29,510 nucleotides of DNA. Origin: Fonticula alba ATCC 38817 (lineage: Eukaryota > Protista > Nucleariida). A model generated the notes under the pieces. That model saw only the letters and a program-made list of their open reading frames with translations, did not search any database and had not been told where the DNA came from. Of this stretch, positions 1-9,142 are shown piece after piece. A program made the translations under genes and the position numbers. Where the stretch lies: NCBI GenBank assembly GCA_000388065.2, contig KB932207.1; one strand, written 5' to 3'. Position 1 is the stretch's first letter, and each line of letters begins with the position of its first letter.

Positions 1-700
1 CCCCCCGGGCCCCCTTTTCACCCGGCCGCCGGGCGTCCGCCAGCCCGGCGCGACACGGAACATGTCAAAGGCTGCGAGAACTGCCCCCTCGGACCCTCTC
101 TCTCTCTCTCTCTCGCTCTCGGCCCTGTTCGGCCTCGCGCCCGTGCTCGCGCCCGTGTCTGCCCTCAACCTTGCTGTGGCCCCGGCCCCAGCCCCGGCGC
201 TGGCCCGCCCCCGGGGCCGCTCCCCCGAGGCGCGGCGCCGCTTCCCGACCCGGTGCGACGTCCCCCCGCGACCCCGCCCATGCTGGCCTAATCACACACC
301 GGTGTCCAGCCCCTGCGGGGGACATGGTGCCCATTTGCGCCAACTGGATCATCCGCCCCGGAGAATCACATGCCGGCCAGGACAAATGCCGCTCGCAGCC
401 CTCGGGAAGGTGCCACCGGATGCGTGTTTTGGTAGCTTCTTTTGAGCCGGGCATCTGCCCTCCCCGACCCCCGGGGGGGGGGGGAGGAGCGAGAGAAAGA
501 CAACACCACTGCCTCGAGCCTCCCTCCCCCGCCTCCTCCTCCTCCGCTCCTGTGGTCTCCGGCGCCCCGCCACCCTGCCGCCTTTGCCTCTGCCCTCCCT
601 CCTCGCCTCCTGCTCCTTCCAGCCGGCCCCTCGCCCTTGCGTGCTCTCCCCTCCTTCGCCCGCCTCCCCCCCCCTCCCTCCCCCCCTCCCTCCGCACCCG

Positions 701-2863
701 ATGTCCGGCTACCAGCCCAACCAGCACGGCAGCTGGGCGCCCGAGTATGCCGGTGGCCAGACCCCCGGCGCCGGCGGTGGCCCCGGTGCATCGGACATCT
801 ACACCAACCCGGCCTACTTGCAAATGCTCCCGGCCCAGCAGGCGCAGCAGTTCCAACAAACGCTGATGCTCGTTCAGCAACAGCACCCGGAGCTGGCCCC
901 GCAGCAGCAGCAGCAGCTTGCCATGCAGTACCTGCAATTGCAGCTGCAGCAGGCCCAGCAGCAGGCGGCCCTCAACCAAATGCGCCAGCAGGGCGCCGGC
1001 CAGCCGGGCGCACAGCTCACCCAGCAGCAGCAGCAGCAGCTCTACATGATGCAGCAGTACCAGCAGCAGCAGCAGCTGTATGTGATGCAGCAGCAGGCGG
1101 CCCAGGCCCAGCAGGCCCAGGCGGCCCAGGCGGCCCAGGCCCAGCAGCTGCAGCATTTGCAACTGCTCCAGCAGCAGCAGGCCCAGCAGCAGCAGCAGCA
1201 GCAGCAGGCCCAGCTCCAGCAGGCCCAGGCCCAAGCCCAGGCCCAGGCCCAGGCCCAACTCCAGCATGCCCAGCTCCAGCAGGCCCAGGCCCAAGCCCAA
1301 GCACAGTTCCAGCAGCAGCAGGCCCAGCTCCAGCAGGCACAGGCCCAGCTCCAGCAGCAGCAGGCCCAGGCGGCCCAGGCGGCTGCCCAGCTCCAGGGCA
1401 AATCCCCCGGTGCCGGCGGCGGGCCCGCCACCGGCAAGCCCCCCCTGGCGCCGGCCCGCGATTCGAAGGTCTCACAGGACGCAGGGTCCCAGGTACATGG
1501 GCCCGGCCTGTCGGTGACACGTCCGCCTCCCGTCCGCCTGTCACTGACCCGCTCACACTTGCTCCGCTTGCTCTGCCTCTCTCTCTCTCTCTGCCTCTCC
1601 CTCCCCGGCAGAACCCCACCGTGTCGTCTCTCCTGTCTTCGCTATTTGACCGGTGCGCTTGTGACCCCACGCATCTCGTGCTGCCTTCGCTTGTCCCCCT
1701 CCTCACACTCGCCGCCGGGTGCCGCCCCGCCCCCATGCCACGCACGGAACCAGGGCCGACGGGGTTCTGGCCATCACCATTGCCGACCGCGAGGGCGTCA
1801 TCTTTGCCAAGGGTCCGTTCTTTCTTGCCCCCCCCCCNNNNNNNNNNNNNNNNNNNNNNNNNNNNNNNNNNNNNNNNNNNNNNNNNNNNNNNNNNNNNNN
1901 NNNNNNNNNNNNNNNNNNNNNNNNNNNNNNNNNNNNNNNNNNNNNNNNNNNNNNNNNNNNNNNNNNNNNNNNNNNNNNNNNNNNNNNNNNNNNNNNNNNN
2001 NNNNNNNNNNNNNNNNNNNNNNNNNNNNNNNNNNNNNNNNNNNNNNNNNNNNNNNNNNNNNNNNNNNNNNNNNCCGCCCCCCCTTCCACTGCCCAGCCAC
2101 CGACCCCCGGCAAACGAACTCCTCGAAAAATACGCTGGCCGTGGACCCGGCGACCGCCTCCTCGGCCCTGGCCACGGCGGCCGCCTCATCGGCCGAGTAC
2201 ATCCATCGCCTGCCGGCCAAGATCGCCGGGACTTGCTCCTGGCTGTTTGCATTCACGCGCTCCCCGCGGCCACCGCCGTCGGCCATGGACCCGGCGCAGC
2301 TGGGCGCCACGGCCCAGCCGCCGGAGATCCCCTCGGCCGGGGGGGATTTCTCGCCGGCCGGCCATTCGACAGCCGCTGTGGCCGCGGCCGAGGTGGACCT
2401 CGGGGCCGATCGGGCCGGGCCCTGGGGCGGCATGCAAATTGCCCAGCGCGTCGTGCAGCCCCCCCGGCCGGCGGCCCCGCCGGTCGGCGCCACTCCGGCC
2501 GGCTTGGCCGCCGAGAAGCCCGGACCCGGCAGCAGCCCCAGCTCCGGCGCCGGGGCCACTTCCGGCTCCTCCCGGCCGCCGCTCTTCGTGGTGACCGTCA
2601 TCGCGGCCCAGTGGGCCAACATGGGCATCATTGTGGATTTGGTGGACACCGCGGTGGTGCCGCTCGTCAGCGACCGGGAGTTCCAGACCGCCGCCCAGGC
2701 TGCCGCCCAGGGCCGGTCTCCGTATGGGGCCGGCGCCGGCGGCGTGCCGATGCAGCCGATGGGCCAGGCCCTCGGGCATCCGCACCACCAGCACCCGCAC
2801 CATCACCACTTGCACCATCACCACCACCACCACCACCAGGGCCAGATGATGCCACCCCGGTGA
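701..2863 (+). CDS. LAMTOR3: LAMTOR3/MP1-like (Ragulator roadblock) protein with N-terminal Gln/Ala-rich region and C-terminal His tract; 4 exons, about 552 aa
   Basis: Exons 701-1492, 1612-1652, 1754-1812 and 2097-2863 join in phase through GT-AG introns. Spliced product reads NPTVSSLLSSLFDR-ADGVLAITIADREGVIFAK...PPLFVVTVIAAQWANMGIIVDLVDTAVVPL, matching recalled LAMTOR3 (VEGLHAIVVSDRDGVPVIKV...LPLVVSFIASSSANTGLIVSLEKELAPL). Intron 3 spans an N gap. Confidence 0.75.
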   Translation: MSGYQPNQHGSWAPEYAGGQTPGAGGGPGASDIYTNPAYLQMLPAQQAQQFQQTLMLVQQQHPELAPQQQQQLAMQYLQLQLQQAQQQAALNQMRQQGAGQPGAQLTQQQQQQLYMMQQYQQQQQLYVMQQQAAQAQQAQAAQAAQAQQLQHLQLLQQQQAQQQQQQQQAQLQQAQAQAQAQAQAQLQHAQLQQAQAQAQAQFQQQQAQLQQAQAQLQQQQAQAAQAAAQLQGKSPGAGGGPATGKPPLAPARDSKVSQDAGSQVHGPGLSVTRPPPVRLSLTRSHLLRLLCLSLSLCLSLPGRTPPCRLSCLRYLTGALVTPRISCCLRLSPSSHSPPGAAPPPCHARNQGRRGSGHHHCRPRGRHLCQGSVLSCPPPXXXXXXXXXXXXXXXXXXXXXXXXXXXXXXXXXXXXXXXXXXXXXXXXXXXXXXXXXXXXXXXXXXXXXXXXXXXXXXXRPPFHCPATDPRQTNSSKNTLAVDPATASSALATAAASSAEYIHRLPAKIAGTCSWLFAFTRSPRPPPSAMDPAQLGATAQPPEIPSAGGDFSPAGHSTAAVAAAEVDLGADRAGPWGGMQIAQRVVQPPRPAAPPVGATPAGLAAEKPGPGSSPSSGAGATSGSSRPPLFVVTVIAAQWANMGIIVDLVDTAVVPLVSDREFQTAAQAAAQGRSPYGAGAGGVPMQPMGQALGHPHHQHPHHHHLHHHHHHHHQGQMMPPR
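892..1400 (+). repeat. Coding CAG/CAG-GCC low-complexity repeat (polyQ and QA)
   Basis: Runs of cagcagcag and (caggcc)n encode QQQQ and AQAQAQ in exon 1 of the first gene. Confidence 0.95.
1838..2073. other. Assembly gap (N run) inside intron 3 of the LAMTOR3-like gene
   Basis: N run flanked by C tracts. The flanking exons join in phase without any gap exon. Confidence 0.95.
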
Positions 2864-3481
2864 GGAGTGCACCCGGCGCTGGCGTAAACGCCTGGCCATT
2901 TGGCTGCCTGCTCTGCTCCCCCCCCCCCCCCCCTCGCTCGCCTGCCTGTCTGGCCCCCCTCCTTGCCCTCGGTGACTGGTGCCAGCCTGGTGCCAGGTCC
3001 CACCTCCCGCCCCTTGGGAGGCAGGAAAACAATAACAACGCCCCACCGCCCAGCAGGGATACACACATCAGCTTCTGCCTCTCTCTCTCTCTCTCTCTCT
3101 CTCTTGCGAGGATCCACATGCCCATGGGCGGACAGACCACCGGGGAGAATGCGCGTGTATTGCATTTTTGGTTGCCATTTTTTGCCTCCTCGCCCAGTGG
3201 CCTGTGTCTTGCCGGGCTCCACCTCTCGGACCCGTGCCGAGACTTCGCCATGGGGGGCGGGGGGCGGGGGGGGGGTACAGGGCTCCGCCTTTTCTATGTG
3301 CATGTGCGCAAGCAGATCGCGCTGGGGGCGAACGGCCGACCCGCCGGTGGCCCGGACTTGGAGGGCACACCGAGGACGGTTGAAGACACCGGCCGAGTGA
3401 GGCGCACGCACCGAGGAGGAGACATGGGCCCTTTGAGAGGGGGGGGGGAGGGGGGAGCCAACACAAAAGGGGACTGCCCGC

Positions 3482-5621
3482 TCAGCGGAACCAGAGAGCA
3501 TATCCAAGGCCCACGGCGCCGAGGAGGACCGCGCGCCAGGCATTGGCCCGGGCGGGGACGGGCGACACCCACCGACGGAGGTTGTCGGTGATCGGCTGGT
3601 AGAAGGGGCCGGTGAAGGGCTTCGACCCGCCGGGCGGCATGTCGTCGCGGTCGGCGCTCTGCCGGGGGGCGGCCTTGGCCTGCTTGGCGAAGAACTCCGC
3701 ATCAATGTCATCGGTCTTCTGGGCCACGTCCCAGCATTCGTCCCAGGCCTGCTGGACATGGGCATACCAGGCCTCCAGGCGCCGGCGCTCCATGGTCTTC
3801 TCCTCATCGCCACTGGCCATGGGCGGCTCGAAGGCCGGGTCAGCGAAGGGGGTCGGGTCCAGGACCGGGCCGTAGTGCACGGTGATCTGCGAGCCCGGGT
3901 GGAAGGTGAGGGCCTTCTCGTTGAAGAGCTGCAATCGGCCGGGGGAAGGCGGGAAAAGTCAGTGTCCATTGAACGATTGAGCGTGGGGGGCGGGGGGGAG
4001 GGGGTAAGTGTGTGTGTGTGTGTGTGTAAGTGCAAATGCAAGTGCAAATGCAAATGCAAATGCAAATGCAAATGCAAATGCAGATGCGAGTGACAGCACA
4101 TGTGCCGATCCACCGGTGGACAGGAACGCCGGAGGGCATGCATGTGCGCAGAGATGTGCGGACGTACACGATCCTTGCCAATGGCAATGACCACCTGGCA
4201 AGGGGCGCCCAGGCGGAAGGCCGACTCCAGCAGGCCACGCTTCAGCGGCAGCGAGTGGTTGCGCAGGTTACGGGTGCCCTCGGGGTAGACGATGATGCCG
4301 GACTCCGGGTGCAGGTCCCAGTTGGCCTTGACATGGTTGGTCAGCCAGTTCCGGTCGATTCCCGGGCGGCGGTTGAACAGGATGATGGAGCCTGGGCCGA
4401 TGGGTCAGCGGGTCGAGGGGTCAGCAAACACCGAGGAAGGGAATGCCCGGCGCGGCACAATCTCAGTGACACACGCACCAGCCAGGTAGCTGTAAAGAAT
4501 CGGCGTGGGGACACCCAGGATGACCCCGTAGCGCGAGATATAGGTACCGCCGGCGGTCAACAGCGAGTCCAGGGTGAAGTCGGCCCACGAGCGGTGGTTG
4601 CAGAGATAGAAGCAGGGCTTCTTCTTGTCGGTGTAGAGGCTGTTGCTGGTGGGCGTGCGGCGGAGGACAGGCTGCGCGCGAGGGAGCAGCAGGGCGNNNN
4701 NNNNNNNNNNNNNNNNNNNNNNNNNNNNNNNNNNNNNNNNNNNNNNNNNNNNNNNNNNNNNNNNNNNNNNNNNNNNNNNNNNNNNNNNNNNNNNNNNNNN
4801 NNNNNNNNNNNNNNNNNNNNNNNNNNNNNNNNNNNNNNNNNNNNNNNNNNNNNNNNNNNNNNNNNNNNNNNNNNNNNNNNNNNNNNNNNNNNNNNNNNNN
4901 NNNNNNNNNNNNNNNNNNNNNNNNNNNNNNNNNNNNNNNNNNNNNNNNNNNNNNNNNNNNNNNNNNNNNNNNNNNNNNNNNNNNNNNNNNNNNNNNNNNN
5001 NNNNNNNNNNNNNNNNNNNNNNNNNNNNNNNNNNNNNNNNNNNNNNNNNNNNNNNNNNNNNNNNNNNNNNNNNNNNNNNNNNNNNNNNNNNNNNNNNNNN
5101 NNNNNNNNNNNNNNNNNNNNNNNNNNNNNNNNNNNNNNNNNNNNNNNNNNNNNNNNNNNNNNNNNNNNNNNGCAGCAGGGATCGGCCGCAGGGGAGGAGG
5201 AGCATACCCGCATGGACTGGGCTCGGGAGCAGTTGACGCGGGCTGAAAAAGTCCGCCCGCTTTCACGGGCCAGCCGTTACCCACACCAATCTGCGCCCCC
5301 CAGCCCCCGGGCCCCCCTCCCCTTCGGCACAGGGCACACGCGCCTGCATGCGCGCACACCCACATTCACACAGATGCAAACACGCCACCCGCTTGCCCGG
5401 CCCTGCCCTCCTGGCCCACTCTCGAAAGGGTCGTGCGATCTCCCGGCCCAGGGCGGAGGCGGCGAGCGTGGGGCAGAGGACCGGCTCCGGGCCCCGGGGC
5501 CGAAGAGGAGACGGGGTAGCCACGAGCTGGCGTCCCCGCGCGCGCCCGGAGAGGGTCCCACACGCGCCGCAGCAGGGGCCGGGCCGGATGAAATCGCCCC
5601 AAAAATATCGAGCGATGGCAT
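3482..5621 (-). CDS. Lysophospholipid/1-acylglycerol-3-phosphate acyltransferase family (LPLAT, PlsC-like); 5' end uncertain
   Basis: Supported exons 4671-4479, 4391-4168 and 3928-3482 join in phase. Motifs: NHRSWAD (HxxxxD) and IIVYPEGTRN. C-terminal hydrophobic tail WRAVLLGAVGLGYALWFR. The start lies beyond the gap: candidate ATGs at 5213 (ATG CGG then GTATGC donor) or 5621. Confidence 0.85.
4008..4086. repeat. Intronic compound microsatellite (GT)n followed by (TGCAAA)n
   Basis: gtgtgt... then about 9 imperfect tgcaaa/tgcaag units inside acyltransferase intron 3929-4167. Confidence 0.95.
4697..5171. other. Assembly gap (N run) inside the acyltransferase gene
   Basis: N run; may hide an exon. 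Confidence 0.95.
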
Positions 5622-5832
5622 CCCGGGTCCGTTGGCATATGCGCCTTCCCCGCGGTCGAGCCAGCGCCCCTTCAGGAACCCCGGCAGCAGCCGGACCGCC
5701 GGGGGGAGGGGGGGGGACAGAAAAAGCCACAGATCCCGTCTCGGTCGGCCCTCCCCCTCTTGCGCCCCGTTGTCCCCCGCCCCCTCTCCCTCCCCCCTCC
5801 CCCCCCCCGCCCGTCTGTGCCTCAGCAGCGCC

Positions 5833-8262
5833 ATGTCCTCCGACTTATATAGCCGGCGAAAAAGGCTGGGCGAAGGTGCGCCCCTCGCTCGCCCTCGCGG
5901 GCCCGCTCGTGGCTGTGCTCTTCTCACCGTCCCGCTCCCGCTCCCCTGCCCGCGACAGGCGCCCATGGTGTCGTCTTCAGTGGAATTCACAAAGCCTCAG
6001 GCAAGAAGGTGGCCCTCAAAATCCTGAGTCTCTACTCGGACGCTTCGGCCGGGCTGGATTCATCCAACAACTCCAGCCTCGAAGGGCATACGGACTCCGG
6101 GTCCAAAAGTGCCCCGGCGCCTGGGATCGAGGTGCGTCCGTGCCTCGGGTTGCTGTCCCTCGGCCGGAGCCCTTCATGGTCTTTCGCTGCTGACCTGCGC
6201 CTTTCCATCCACAGGGTCTCCCGGTGACCGCCGTGCGGGAGATCTCCCTCCTTCGTTTGCTCAAACACCCGAACATCATTAAGTGCGCCAGGCACGCCCA
6301 ACGGCCCCCCGCCCCCTGCCCGCCTCCCCGGCTGACCGTCAGCCATTTTGCCCCTCCCCCGTTCGCGCCCTGCCCTTCCCTCCCCCTCCTCCCTGCTTGG
6401 GGCTGCCGCTCAGTCTGCTGGATGTCCATCTCAGTCGCTCGGACTTGGTCATCGTCCTGGAGTATGCGGATTTGGATCTCCGGCAATATCTCAATCAATT
6501 TGGGCCGCGTGGCCTGAAGCCGGACCTCTTCAAGGTATGACGCATGGTCTTGGTCCGTCGCGCGCGCCTGCCCGCTCGCCCTGACCCGGCTCCCTTCCCT
6601 TCCGCCTCTTGACCTCGGCCCGGCGTGGCTCACGCCCGGCTGAGTGCAGCACTTCTCCAAGCAGCTACTGCATGCTCTTGCATACTGCCATGAGCACCGC
6701 GTCATCCACCGCGACGTCAAGCCCCAGAACATCCTCATCTCCAGTGTGCGCCGCTCTTCGTCGTCACCTTTTCCCCGCCCACCTTCCACATCCCCCCTCC
6801 TATGTGTGTGTGTGTGTGTGTGTGTGACTGCGCCTGTATGCCTCTATTAATGTGCGATTGGCCCACTGTCCCGTGGATCTCCGGCCCGCCGCATGCACCC
6901 CAGGACAATAACATCAAACTCGCGGACTTTGGCCTGGCCCGGATCATCGGCCATCCGGTCCGGAGTTATGCCTTTGAGGTCCGCCCGCCGGCTTGCCCTT
7001 CTTTCGCTGAGCCCCCCCCCCCCCATGTCTCACCCTGGCCGATCCCCCCGCCGCCCCCCCCCGTGCCCCCCCCCCCCCCCCCGCACACGCACACAGGTGG
7101 CCACCCTGTGGTATCGTGCACCGGAGCTTCTGCTGGCACGCTTTCCGCTGAATATCCAACGCCTCTTCCAGGATGGCGGCCTTCGGGCCCACGATGAAAG
7201 AACCATGTCCCGGTCGAGTCGGTCCAATCGTGTCATGCGCGCGGCCAAGCTGGCCGCCGCTCAGGCCGCCGCGGTCGGGGGCTCCTGTGCCATCGACATC
7301 TGGAGTGTCGGCTGCGTGCTGGCCGAGATGGCAACCGGGCGCGTGCTCTTCGGGCCCTACCTCCATGGCGAGGGGGACATCTCCAGCGAGTATCCCTACC
7401 AGCGGCCTCGCGGCCGGCGAGACCCGGCGGCGGCCGGTGGCGCAGGCCCTGACGCCCGCATTGTCCGGCCATACACGATTCCCGCCCCGCCAGCGGGCGT
7501 GGTGGCCTTCTCGGCCGAGTATGTGCAGCTTACACGCATCGTTGAGATGCTGGGGCCGCTGCCGCGCCTGGTGCGTCACTCCTTTCCCCATCCTCGGCCA
7601 GCGACCACATGGCTGACACTGCCCCGGTCCCTTCGCCCGGCCGTTCCCCCGGCCACCTTCATCCCTTTGATGACGGCCGGCCAAAAGCGCAATCCCGATG
7701 ATCCGGAAACGCCGGCCATTCCCGCCGCCACCGAGGAGCAGCCACTCGCTTCGGCCGGCGGCATTGGCGACATTCCCCCCCAACACTCGGCCCCGAGCGC
7801 GGCCTTGGGCTTGGGGGCGCGCGCGTCCCGCGTCAACTTCGGCTCGGCCACTCTCATCCCCGATGCCGGCGAGGGGGCAGACGCGCCGAGCCCACTGGCG
7901 ACCAACAACGCGCCGCGACCCGGCCGCGGCCCGCGCACCCCCACCCCTGGCTCCCGTGGCTTCCTCATTGCGGTCCTGCAGCTGGCTCTGCCGAACCTGG
8001 ATGCCCCGGGGATTCGACTCCTTTCGGTGCGTTGAAATGCCGCCCCGTGTGGGCGGGGGCGGCCGGGGGGTGGGAATGTGCCTGCCCCCCCCCCCCCCCC
8101 CCCCCCCCCCTCCCCTCGTCGCCGGCGTGCAGGCCCTGAGTGCGCTGGCCGCGGGCGCGATCGAAGACTGACCACGTGACCATACAGCGATTGCTGGCCC
8201 TCAATCCCAACGAGCGTCCGGATGCCTCGCAGGCCCTGACCCACCCCTTCTTCAAGACGTAG
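5833..8262 (+). CDS. Cyclin-dependent kinase-like (CMGC) Ser/Thr kinase with large insertions
   Basis: Spliced motifs: [70 protein letters not shown], and final exon [24 protein letters not shown]. First introns 5876-5958, 6132-6214, 6283-6413; TAG at 8260-8262. Confidence 0.93.
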
Positions 8263-8702
8263 GGGCCCCCTCGGCCAAAAGAGCCAGGGAGAGAGAGAGA
8301 GAGATAGATAAGGGCGCGTCCGAGGGTCGACCGGGAGAGAGTGAGATGGGGACCCCAGCTGGCCTGTGTGTGCCCGCCCCCCCCTCTCTTTTGTTGCCTG
8401 GCGTGCGAAGGGGCGAGCCGCTCGCGGGGCCGTCGGTGTACATGTGCATGTGTGCGCATGTGTGTATGTGTATCCTGGCAAATGCCGCAATATACCCCCC
8501 CATTTAATGGCCAAATATTCCGAGATCTTGTGGACTCTTTCCCCCGGGGGCTCAAAAAGGGGCAATCCCCGGCCCAGGCCACGACACCGAGCACACACAC
8601 ACACATCCATTCCCCCCTCTGTCTTTCCCTCTCTTTTTCTCTCTCCCTTTCCCGTCCCTTTCTCTCGGGCTTTTTCCCCGTGCATTTTGCTGGATTGGTG
8701 TG

Positions 8703-8942
8703 ATGAAGGCCGGCGGTAAGGCGCCCTTCTGGGCGAGCGACTTTTCCCAACGCGCTATCAGGTCGCCCCTGGCTGCCTTCCTGGCGGCCGGGACCCTGAC
8801 TTTCCTGCTCCTTCGTCAGATTCGTCTCGGTCGCCAAGACCGCGACCAGCGCCTCATGGCCACCATCTACCAGCGGGAGTCGCCGGTGCCGGCGGCCCCC
8901 GGTGCCCTTCCACCTCCTTCCGATATCCCGCCCAGCGAATAG
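8703..8942 (+). CDS. Small ORF (79 aa), putative single-pass membrane protein of unknown function
   Basis: ATG at 8703 after a pyrimidine tract like those upstream of other genes here. One hydrophobic segment (PLAAFLAAGTLTFLLL) followed by a basic stretch. No homology recognised. Confidence 0.45.
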   Translation: MKAGGKAPFWASDFSQRAIRSPLAAFLAAGTLTFLLLRQIRLGRQDRDQRLMATIYQRESPVPAAPGALPPPSDIPPSE

Positions 8943-9142
8943 GCCAGGCTGCGTTGCTCCCTGTCCTCGGACTTCCCCCCCCCCCCCCCCCCCCGCGCTG
9001 CCCGCACACCTATAGAAAGATTCGGTCGTGCAATAGAACCCGGGCGAGGGTGTGGACTTCTTTTCTTTGTCTTTTGGTGTCTTTCCCTTTCCCTGGCCCC
9101 TCCTCCGGGCGGAGGAGGCCCTGTGAGAGTCGGGTGCCGGGG

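Noticed and set aside
442-3591. 1049-aa + strand ORF and the antisense Leu/Gly-rich ORF 65-1300
   Set aside because: Off-frame or antisense readings of the CAG-rich exon in high-GC DNA. Only short pieces belong to the spliced LAMTOR3-like model.
4683-5180. GCAGCAGGG on both sides of the second gap
   Set aside because: A 9-nt GC-rich match is too short to call a target-site duplication or a collapsed overlap.
4030-6027. 665-aa ORF starting MQMQVQMQM
   Set aside because: It begins in an intronic (TGCAAA)n microsatellite, runs antisense to the acyltransferase and is bridged by Ns.
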